DNA from: Psilocybe cubensis
Lineage: Eukaryota
Length of the DNA stretch: 64,000 bases
Assembly: GCA_017499595.2 (NCBI GenBank)
Contig: CM038999.1
Location: forward strand, 992,001 to 1,056,000
Direction of reading: 5' to 3'
Shown here: positions 1 to 11,271 of the stretch, piece by piece
Position numbering within the stretch: position 1 is the stretch's first letter
Layout of the letters: the number at the start of each line of letters is the position of its first letter
Made by a program: the position numbers and the translations under genes
Notes under the pieces: model-generated
Seen by the model: only the letters and a program-made list of their open reading frames with translations
Databases searched by the model: none
What the model was told of the DNA's origin: nothing

Positions 1-593
1 GGGGACCAAGGAAAAAAATGACATTGAACAAGGGGCTTGCACTCGTGACGGTGGCGGGCGTTGCTGCTATCAATCTCGCCGCCGTCGTCGTTATCGTTGT
101 CGCTGTCGAGGCCAACGACGTGGGGGAGGCCATGTAAGACACGGACGCAAACGAAAACGAAATTGAAAAGAGAGAACGGCGCGAAAAAGACGCTAAAAAC
201 CGCATCTGCCATTGCTAATATACCTGCTCACCATCCGAGGAAACGACACTTCTATATCGGGAAGTTGGAGAGTCTTATCTGGACTGTGCTTCGATGTTCG
301 AACTGGCCCGGGCGCAGATCACTCCCCCGCGGGTTCCCGGATTGGCCGTTTGCGCCCCTATTCTGCTGTGTGCAGTACGTCTACGTCAAAACATACAGCG
401 GGAGCGCCGCTCTCAACCACTAGCCCATATGCATATCCCGTTTAAGCCCCGGGCGCATCATCCCGACTTTCGCCACGAACGAAAAGTAACAAAAAAGGCC
501 ATTGAACACTCGATGACTGACATCCTGGCAACACATCGTGGCATCGTCATCGGAACAGGAGACCTGGACAGCTCAACATGATCTTGATGACAG

Positions 594-1200
594 GGCACGA
601 AGGAGAGTCTCGGACATACAAAATACCACGAGTTTGCCACTAATTGCTTGGAAACCACGACAACGCTCGGCGGCGCATCTCCTCGATGCGATACCGACCT
701 TGGGTTCAACGCCACAATCACTTACTTTACGAACAACAAAATCCGGCTCAAGGACGAGCGAATAGTTAGCCTGTTCGCAATCGTTCCCCGTACAAACAAA
801 CAGATAACGCACACCGCCGAAGCTCACGTCTAAACCCCTCATATTTGTGAAGAAATGAACAGCTGACTCTCTTCTCAGATTCTTTCTAACGACATTACTG
901 GCCTAGCCACAGACAGAAAGATTCGAAGTGAAGTGGAAGCCCCCCATTTCCATAACCCCTGTTACACCTAGGTCTCCGCCGTACGTGTCGGGACTCAAAA
1001 CGGGCCTAGGACAGGCTGGAGTGAGTATAAGCACGCAATCGCAGAGCCATACAGATGCTCACTCACCGCAAATTAGACATCCGAGTCCCTCATAATGTAA
1101 GCCTCACACACTCCACTCATTCCCCACCACCCAATCTAATGAACTCACATTTACATAACACTAACAACAGGAACATCATGCGCCCTGTTCTCGGCAATAG
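594..1200 (+). other. Possible small multi-exon hypothetical gene or gene remnant
   Basis: Open frame ...GHTKYHEFATNCLETTTTLGGASPRCDTDLGFNATITYFTNNKIRL... followed by short segments bounded by GTGAGT/GTAAGC donors and CTAAC/CTCAC...AG acceptors. No start codon or family recognised. Confidence 0.25.
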
Positions 1201-3427
1201 ACTGCTACATGTCCCTTCCATGTGCCGTGTCCCGTTCTCAGCAGCCATAAATCCAAAGCCGCTCAAAAATTGCTCGACTCTACATGCTGACGTCGACGCA
1301 CGTCACTATTTTCCTACGATGCTAGAATGCGGTGATGTTAATAAGTGCCCAGGTACGTCTGTCTGCTACAGTTAAATAAGAGCGGATATTCCCAATAAAG
1401 GTGATAGTATCTGTACGAAAGGCTCAAGGTATTAGATATGTTCAAATTGATAATGTATGCTTTTCGTAATGTGTCCCTGAGCCCTGAGGTTCACTTTGAG
1501 TTCTCAAATAATACGTTGTTATCATTCGACTCGAGGAAAAGTTGCACCCCATCTCATGACCTACACTTCGAATCACATTCCAGGACCCCATATCGACTGA
1601 TCAGCCTAGAATGCTGGCTTCAAAGTACTCTCTAGAGAGTCCACGTTAGCCTCGCTCACCTCCATATTCGCATGATCGCCATACCGAAACTCTTCCTTGA
1701 TTGTCCCTTCTTAATTCATCTCGTCGAAACTCCTTCGCAGGTAGCGTCACATGGCTATCATCAGTTATCATCCTAAATTCTTCAGAGGTGTCATAATTTG
1801 CATACTTATGAAGTAATATCTATCGGCATGGTCTACCTTGCGCACCCTAGACACATTTAGGGGTCATTAAAATCATCCAATATCACAGCAATCATCGCAT
1901 GATTATCTGAGTACTCGCCCGATGCCTCAAAATATGCCCTGAGGCCTGATGGCGTCCCAAGGCGTCCCTAATAACCTTGTACATTGACCTCCTTTGCATC
2001 CCTATGTATCATTCCTACAACGAACGTTTTACGTACAATGAAAAGCTTCGAAATGCTGACCCTTCGTAGTTCGTACGTGTCGATCCTTTCATATTATACC
2101 CGACTTGGCGCGTCATAAATGTCGACACCTTTTCTGTGGCCGCCTTTTCCGCGCGTCTATTAGAATAGAAAATGAACGCGTCTTGCATGGAGCTGTATTG
2201 ATTTTCTTCTTTATCCGCTTCAATACTGCTCTACAATCAAAACCCCTACATTTCCTTCGGTAAACGATCGTCGCCGAAGAATCAGAATTCAACGGTCCGT
2301 CAATTTTTTTTGACGGTCGACAAGCGTTCTACTACTAGCGAATGCACCAACTTGGACGATAGGCACGTTGGCTATTAGATTGTCCATGGTTTAGGTTGGC
2401 CTTCGTTTTTGTGGTGTCTACTTTGAAAGAGACGTCCAAATATGTCCAAAGACTAAGTGAAATCGAAGCAATGGTCCTCCAGAGGCCTTACACAGGTAAG
2501 CGATAAATTTTGGAGACAACTAGAGAAGATTGTTCACACAAAATCGAGAAACTGGGGGTCGGTAAGCATCAGTTAATTGAATGAACTTTGATGGTGACAT
2601 CGTCTGAAAGCGTATGCAAGATCATGAGACTCGGAAGGGCACTCAAGAAATCATAGTGTCGAAAATGCGAATCAAGATGAGAACAATATGTTTAGAAATC
2701 GCATCATATAATTAATTGATCAAAACATAGCAGCTCACTTTGTTTTATTATCGTCCACCTCCATGGCACAGATGTCACTGACGTGGCATACCTCTTATAG
2801 GCCTGACATACTTCTAAATTTACTTCCGCGCCGGAAATCCAGGTCAGTGAGCGCTCTGTCAATTGCAATTCAATTCATGGTGGTTTATGATGTCAGATAA
2901 TCACACTCACGCACGGATGCAAATGGGAATGAACTGATGACTATCCAGCTGAGCTGACCTTCGTCATATTGACGCTACTAATAACACAGTGTAATCTCTC
3001 TAGATAATACATAATTTTCTGCAGATTTTCTCTACGGCAACGTGTTACATGTCAAAAATGAACTTAATCTGTACTGTAATGTTATCAATTTTGCTCTTTC
3101 ATAATCTCATTTCCTGATCGCTCAACTAGGTTTAGTTCTCACTGACCGCTGGACGCCTCTTAAATTGGAGAAATCGAAGCATAGAATAGATAACAAAACA
3201 ACACATGCGCTTGGCCGGATATCTTTAATTCTCCTTGATGGCGCAGAAGTAATCTTAAGGCCTAAGGTCTTAAAGCTCTACCAACAATAGCTATCACCAC
3301 CGCCTTGTGCAAATGCCAATTCCGACTCGCCAGCATCAATTTTGTGTTACTGGCACAGAGAAAAAATATAAAGAAGAGCCTACCTCAACCTCTCGATGCC
3401 AACTTACCCGCGCATTTCTGCCTATTA

Positions 3428-4871
3428 ATGGTGGCTTCAGTAGTACCAGGACTTCTGCTTGCTGCATCCATCTCAGCAAGTATAACTGTGAGTTCTACGC
3501 TAATGGTTCTTATCATTTCATTTGTTAATTTTCATGTGCAAGAACAGAGGACAACAGCTACACTCTCGTCGAACTGGGATCAAAGGCGGAGCACCAATAT
3601 TACAGTAAACCCCAACACTGCCCTTCCAGGATGGACCTTTGTCGGTTGCTTCACGTAAGTTCTGGTATCATCTTATGAATTGCTACTCGCCCTTCTTAGT
3701 GAAGTTTAAAAACGCTAACAAAAACAATAATATCAGAGATGCCAATGGCGCTGCCCCAACTCTCCAGGAACACTCCCTCATTGACGAAACCAACATGACA
3801 CCAGCTCTGTGCATGGAGTTCTGTGGGAACTTCAGCACTCCATTAAACTTTGCCGGGACTGAACTTGGCAACCAATGCTGTGCGTTCGTTGACAAGCAAT
3901 TCGCACCAGCTTCAAGTTGACGTTTCTTTTCGTGATTTTAGTTTGCGATTTCAATATCCAAGGTGCGCCGCTCCAGGTGAACGACACATTGTGCAACGTG
4001 GCATGTGCAGGAGACAGCACGCTTACCTGCGGCGGCCCCCTGTTGGTGAGTATATACCAGAACAACAACGAGGGTGTAGGCCCACTCCCTACAAACAAAG
4101 CCACAGTCGGTGCTTTCGAATTTGCAGGATGTTTGAAGTAATTATCATTGATATTGAGTCCCAATCAATACTCTGAACTTGAACCATCACTAACTGATTG
4201 ACTTTGGTGCCTATCTTTATGTTTCTTTTGTATCGTAGGGATGCAGATGGGACTACAGTTCGGACGCTCTCTACACCTCTTACAGTTGATATATCTGATG
4301 GAGTAACCGCCGAGAGTTGCACAGTAACCTGTCTCGAGAACGGATTTACAAAAGCCGGTTTGGAATTTGGCCACGAGTGCTGTACGTCACAGTCTTTTTT
4401 AATCTTCTTCCTTTCCCATTGTCCCTTCGCCTTCTCTATACTAGCATGGTATATTGCAATGCATGTTTCTGACCTGAGCAATTAAACCCGTTGTTTACAG
4501 GGTGTGACAGCAAGTTCAACGTTGCGCTAGGCCTAATCGTTGCCCCACTCGAAGAATGCTCGCGCGCATGCGACGCGGACCCCACCGAGCTGTGCGGTGC
4601 CCCAAACAGGTTGTCGCTATATACAATTCCGTTTCCGGGATCAGCAACGCCATTGATACCCATCAACCCGTCGGCAACCGGCGCATGTCTGGCTACCTCT
4701 ACCAGCAGTGGAAGCAGTGCCTCTGCATCTACTACCAGCTTACCTACGACTAGTAGCTCATCAGCTCACTCTACCTCCTCATCTGCTAGTAACACCATCA
4801 CCACCACTGTAGGTAGTCCAACATCAGGGGTCCCACCGGGAAGACCTAATAGCACTGGCAGTGTATCATAA
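3428..4871 (+). CDS. Secreted WSC-domain protein (2 WSC domains + Ser/Thr tail), paralog 1, multi-exon
   Basis: Signal-like MVASVVPGLLLAASIS; GWTFVGCF, MTPALCMEFC, AGTELGNQCFC, CNVACAGDSTLTCGG; second domain FAGCL...AGLEFGHECWC...CDADPTELCGAPNRLSLY; Ser/Thr tail; TAA 4869-4871. Confidence 0.88.
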
Positions 4872-6594
4872 GTGCCAAAAATTATGAGCGTCTAGAGTTG
4901 TGTTATCTCCCCCCCCAAAACCCAGATTGTAATATATTGGTGGAATTCTTATTAGCACATGATGTTTTACTTTAGCATTGATTTGTTTTAAAGGGGGTAT
5001 TTCTTTAACATACTCAGGCTCAACACATATTATTCAAAATCAACTTTGTTATCTGCCATGGGCAAGTATTCTGGAGTAACATAATTATTATATGTAATAT
5101 ATACACAACAGTAAAACACAGTTCTCCTATGGCAGGTAATTGCGGCGAAGCCGCCTTTTCGAGTTCAAGCTTTATTTTCCAATTTCTTTTTGCGCGCGAA
5201 GTTAAATTGATGGCCGCGATTGCCGTTACATCGTGAGAACACGGCTCATCTCGGCAAATCATTTTCAATAGGTCCAATCCAGTCGTAATGCAGCTACCTT
5301 GACCTATGTTTGGATCATCATAAATGTCTAGGTGAATGTTTAAGGATACATATAGCTTGATTCTCCAGTAATTTTGTTTGTCGTCTTTGTAGCCAAAATA
5401 TATCCTTTGAGTACACAATTGAACGCCGCACGGCCATTGCCGGGACTGAATTTGAAGTTTGTCAATTCCTAGCCCCTATTTTCTTTCCCTCCACCACTTA
5501 CGGTAATGCATAGTTGAGTTTTTCTGAGTTACAACTCTGGTTCCAAATCGATATAACCACAATAGTATATGCAACGGGGTTTACGGAGAAATCAAATCTA
5601 AAAGCATTCAGAAGCAGACACAAGCAACTATAGTACTCAAGAAATCATAGAATCAAAATACAAGCTTATTTGTGGAACACGTATTCAGGAACATCATCAA
5701 ATACGCATGTAATGTATATATATTTTTCACGACTCTAATAGTTCTCACTTTGTTGAATCATCATCGCACGGGCATCACGGTGTAACTTGTATATCATCGA
5801 GATACTTATATGTAGGCCTGAAATCCTAGCAAAGCCAGAGCATCACGTCTTCAAAAAAATCTACTTCCAAAATTACTTGATCATGCTTCGTACGACGTAC
5901 CGGGTTTCCAGGTCGGACAAGTTCTGGTTTCTCAACTAAATACAATTTGATTTTCTGGTTATTCTTGTGATATTGCTATTGCTATTGCATCAACTTGCAA
6001 AAAAAACAAAAAGCGCTGCGCGGATGCAAATGTGAAGATAATAAATCTTTCTCAGAGCTGTATTTAAATTGTCAGTTCATTTAATCTTGTACACTGGATA
6101 ATATTTAATATCCAACTATCCTTATCTGCGTTAAATTGTCGATACAAGCAAGATGGGTGGTTAGAGTACACCAATACGTCTGAAGACCTTCTACACACCA
6201 GTGTTTTTTCCGGAGCGCTCAAGTATTAATCCATTCAATGTCCATCATAATAGCATGGCAGTGAGAATCAAAGCCTCTTTTCCCATCGTATCGTCATCTT
6301 TTGATCGTTCAACTGAGCTCAGATTTCACTTACTTACAGCTGAACACACATCTCGGATCTTTCCTCGGAGAAATGGCATCAGAGCTTCTTCTGAAGATAC
6401 ATTGAACACAACGCCACAAATATCCTATGCTTGAAAGTTGAAAGTTGAAAGTTGCATATCTTCAGACTTTAGCGATCAGCATTCGATGGATTTGAGAATT
6501 ATTGGCTTGTTAATGAGGTATAAAAAGCTGATGAGTCTACCCCCATCCCACAGGAAATCATTTCCGATTCAATCGTTCAAATTGCTTCTCAATA

Positions 6595-8215
6595 ATGCCT
6601 TTGGTATCACTCGAAAGACTTCTAGTACTCGTCGCGTTCATCTCGGTAAGCTCTCTTTTGAACACTCCACTGGCCTTTGATGTTTTTATTGTGTTAATCT
6701 GCATGTATCAATGCATTAAATAGGGTACTATAACAGCCGCACGCCCGTCAGAGTGGAATAAAAGGCAAAGTGATACTACCTCAGCTAACCCCAACGATGC
6801 ACTTCCAGGATGGACCTTTGTCGGTTGCTTCTCGTACGTATCAAATCTTACAATTTCCTGCGTAGTTGAGAATTTATAACAAAACCTGAAACTGAATACA
6901 AAAAAAAACATAATGGAAACTAGAGATGTGAATCACGGCACGGTTCTGATAGGACAGTCCTTTGCCGACGAAACGAATATGAGTCCGGCGCTTTGCACTG
7001 CATTCTGTGGGGGGAACTCTAGCACGCCATTTAATTTCGCTGGGATCGAACACGGTGATCAATGCTGTAAGCCTTTTTTTACACCAGCAGCGAACGATCA
7101 TTGACTTAGACTTCACTTTCACTTTAATTCACCTGTTTTTTTTTTCTTTTTTGGTGGGTTTAGTCTGCGACTTCAGCATCCAAGGTATACCTATTCAAGT
7201 CAACGAGACAATATGCAATCTCCCGTGTACGGGAGATAGCACGCTTGTATGTGGCGGCGAGCTTCTTCTTAGTGTATACCAAAACACCAATGAGGGCGTG
7301 GGCCCGCTCCCTACGCATAAAGCCACCATTGGCGAGTTCGTCTTTGCTGGATGTTTAAGGTATGTAGTTATTATAATTTCCCTTCTCCATTTCGATTTTG
7401 CATTTCGATTTTGACTTTCAGTCAATTAAAAATTCAACCACGGCGCTTATACCAGTAACTAACTGTGTTTTTTTTATATGATGAATAGGGATACAGATGG
7501 GACGGACATCAGGACGCTGTCTACGCCGCTCAGTATGGAGGATCTTCCGGATGGCGTCACAGCTGAGCTGTGCACGTCAACGTGCCTTGAGAGGGGGTTC
7601 ACAATGGCCGGTATGGAAATCGGCCGCGAGTGCTGTACGTCCTTCGTCCTTCGTCCCTTTCCCCTCCCCTCTTCATCTTCATCGTTATCTTCATCGATGA
7701 TCACCCAAGTAATCAAACTAAACTCAAACCCCCCATGTACGACAGGGTGCAGCAACGACATCGACGTCCCGCTAGGCTTGATCATCGCCCCAATAGAAGA
7801 ATGCTCGCTTGCATGCGACGCAGATCCCACTGAACTCTGCGGCGCGCCCAAGAGGCTGTCGATGTACACTGTCCCGCTACCGCCACCTGGAGAGGCGACG
7901 CAGCTGACGCCGGTCAGCCCCGCGGCGACGGGCGTCTGTGTGTCTGTTTCATCTTCCGCTTCTGCTTCTACGAGTGTTATTGCTATTAGCAGTGTTTCTG
8001 CTGCTACTACTGCTGCCACTACCAGCTCTGAATCGTCGGCTCCTGCTTCTAGTCTGTCTACCGGTACGACGACAGTCGACACCTCCAGCCCGACATCTAC
8101 CAGTGCCAGTGCCAGCGCTAGTAGCGCCACATCAATCGCACCAGGCACGCCAACGTCAGGTGTCCCACCGCACAGACCTAACTTTACAAGCATTAGCAGT
8201 ATCACTACATCATAA
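6595..8215 (+). CDS. Secreted WSC-domain protein, paralog 2, multi-exon
   Basis: MPLVSLERLLVLVAFIS|intron|GTITAARPSEW; same WSC motifs and intron positions as paralog 1; shared C-terminal PTSGVPPxRPN. Confidence 0.88.
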
Positions 8216-8640
8216 GTACTTCATTAAGAAGCACTTCAAGCTTCCATTAGATATTAGCATGAGTACCAGCACGATTGAATCAAGGTAGCAGTTAAGGGCA
8301 ATTAAAATTGAATGTGTATACTTTGGGACCTGGGTAGTAGCACCAATCTATTTCAATTGTGAAAGCTATGATTGCAGAGTGTTGTTGGGGTATAAATATT
8401 TATAATAGTTATAATACGGGAAAGGAAAGTCGGTGAGCGGTGAGTACGAGTACTGAGTGCTTGACCTAGACGGATAGCCATAGCCATCCTCAGGCCCAAG
8501 CCGGCCATGGCCATGACACTGGCACAGTGCATTATATACATAAGCGCCAAGTCCTGGGAGCTAAGCGCCCATCGCGAAAGTTGTAGGTGATGCCACATGA
8601 CACTCGCGTTTGAACCCAACTCAGTTCTGGTCCCTGATCC

Positions 8641-8680
8641 CTGGATTACTGGATCACTGGATCACTGGATCACTGGATCA
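8641..8680. repeat. Tandem octamer repeat (CTGGATCA) x5
   Basis: ctggatta ctggatca ctggatca ctggatca ctggatca read directly. Confidence 0.9.
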
Positions 8681-8791
8681 TGATATTATCATTATCATTC
8701 TCGGGACTCGGGACACCTCCCAATTAAACATTCTAACACGGATAAAACACCCAACACCCAACACCCACCACACCATCACTCTACATCTACA

Positions 8792-10116
8792 CTACTCCCT
8801 CCCAACATCGATCCTGCCCCCATTATCCACCCACACCCTCTCCAAAAGCTCGACCGTCTCATACTGCGTCAACACCGCGCCATTCACGCGCGCTCCTCCG
8901 GTGTACATGCATAGACCCCACCCGAGCCTGCGCGGGGAGGAGGGCGGGCCTTGGATGCGGATTGTGCGGAGGGTTGGGCGTCCGGTTGTTGTTGTTGTTG
9001 GTTTTGGGGTGGAGGTAAGGGAGGAGGAGGAGGAGGAGGAGGAGGAGGGAGAGGGAGAGGACGGGTCGAGAAGTGGGGAGATCAGTGTGGTTTGGGAGAT
9101 AGGGCACGAGATGGGATGACGTCGGAATGCGGAGTATATCTCTATACTCGCTGTGCCCGTTCCCTTCTTCCCTGCTCCCACTTTCCCTGCACTCCCCACC
9201 GCCCCCATACCCGGTTTAGGCGGGACAACAGCCATATACCGCACATACCTAGCCCCAACCATATGCGTGCACAGCGCCAACACGAGCGCGGCGCCGCCCG
9301 TTGCGATCCCGGCGTAGTACCGCCAGTTGTCCTGTGCGGCGTCCCGCTCGGAGGGGGAGGCGAAGATGGGGCGGAGGATGAAGCGGATTGGGGAGGTTAG
9401 GGTTGATGTGAGTGAGGAGGAGGGGGGATCTTCTGTGGATTGTGAGGAGTTTGGAGGGGGTGGGGGTGGGGGGATGGCGGTTGAGGAGAAGTAGAGTGAG
9501 CTCCTGTGTGTGTGTGGAAGGAAGGAGAATTAGTATTGTGAGTTTTGGGATTGTTAAGTTTTGTTTTTAACGAGTGCTACACCACCGTCATGTCAATAAT
9601 GCGCGTATGACTGACCCGACCAACCGGCAAAAACATCCTATTTTCTTCAAAAATAAAGAGAAAAAAAAGAAAAAAAGAAAAAGAAAGTGAAGAAAGCAAA
9701 GAAGAAAATAGAACGCACACTGCGAACCCGACGATACACAGCACCACAGGCGTCGACTGTGGCGCGCGGAACTTGGCCTGCCAGAATGGGACGCGGGATT
9801 CGATGACGAATGCGCGGTTCGCGAGGTTTGATAAGGGTGTTTGGAGTTGGGAGTGTGGGCCCGTAGGGGCAGTGGGTGGGGGTACGGGTGTGGGTCCGGG
9901 ACGCGATTTTGCTTTGGGTTTGGGTTGGGAATTGGGTTTGGGTTTGGAATTTGTGGGCGTGGGAGGCGTGGTTTTGGGGGGAGATGACTTGGCTTTAGCT
10001 TTAGCTTTGGGTGTGGGCGTGGATGAGAGGTGTCGTCGGGGGAGGGATTGGAGGAGTCGGTTTGGGAGGGGTGTCCGTGTGCACCGAAGCATTTTGGATA
10101 TTTTGAGGTGATTCAA
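8792..10116 (-). CDS. Hypothetical membrane protein with mitochondrial-presequence-like N-terminus, multi-exon
   Basis: Arg-rich, acid-free N-terminus (MNHLKISKMLRCTRTPLPNRLLQSLPRRHLSS); hydrophobic segments VVLCIVGFA and YAGIATGGAALVLALCTHMV; long last exon in the frame of ORF 8792..9283. Internal splice boundaries uncertain. Confidence 0.55.
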
Positions 10117-11271
10117 CGCGTCTGGAGGCGTGAAAATGGGATTTTGGACCTGAGAAAGGTGGTTAGATGCAATCCAACTCGCCGAGTCGCAAGGTCGTCG
10201 AAAAACGGAGGATGGCGCAGCACGTGATGGTATTCAGGGACGCGATTCCCCTAGGTCATGGTTTGCCGTCTCTTTCATCTCTATCTCTACGTCGACTTCG
10301 GGGATGTGCCAGGAATCAGTGCACATTTTTTCCCGTGGTAATTGAAGGATGAAATTGTTCCATCCGTTCATTCATGGGTGACATCAAAGCCGGGTGGTAG
10401 ATTTAGAAATTTAGAACTCTCGACTGGGCCCCACTCGTGGAATGCCACGCAGATCTTTCTTTCTACTTTTATACACATGCGCAATAAGTATGGATGTCCC
10501 ACCAACAATTGCAAGTGCTTGTCAAATTCGAGTCAAAAAAGCCCGCACAACGCACAGTGCACACTCACACTCTTCGGAAAAACTGTGGCAACGCGGGACC
10601 CGTTGTGGTTTTCCCCACAGCGGGGTGTCCGTGTACGTCCCGGAACTGACTATTCTCTTTTGTTCACGTGTGCTTCCCATAGTCATACCATACGGCATCA
10701 GTATGATTCATGAATCTAAGTACGACATGGCGAGTCATTGGTCATTGGCTGTCGACACGACCCGGGTTAGCTGCATGCTAGCTGTAGGCTAGATGGCGGT
10801 GAAGCTAATGAGACAGCCGGATATCGCTGGATCACACGTCTAGATTACAAAAATTGTATGTATCCAGGCAAGTAAGTATAGGGAGTGAAGTGATGACATG
10901 GACAGAACGGACTAGAAACCGCTGCCAGCGGAATGACGGGCAAACATAGCCATGGATAGTCCGAGCGCATATTTGGACATGTTTAAAAGTAAAGCCGCAG
11001 GGGAAAGATATAAGCAACGTGTCGCCACGTATTCATACCCCGTTTTTGGACCAACCACGTCGGCTGCGCTGCGTTTTTCCTCTGCTTTGTCTTTGTGCTC
11101 CTTATCGCAAGGATACTTGGACCGCAGCACCGTACAACCACTCAAGACTCTGGAAGTTGCTCAGAATTTCCTTTCTTCCTTAACGTACAACCCCCATTGC
11201 CATTTTACCATACCATACCTAGTCATCATTAACATTACTCATACGACCGACTACCACAACCAATAATCGCA

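Noticed and set aside
2297-2316. Small inverted repeat CCGTCAA-T5-TTGACGG and nearby ACGCGT motifs as transposon or Helitron end
   Set aside because: No transposase/helicase remnant, TIR partner or target-site duplication found.
8641-8680. Octamer array as CRISPR-like or telomeric repeat
   Set aside because: No spacers, eukaryotic context, and not TTAGGG-like; simple minisatellite.
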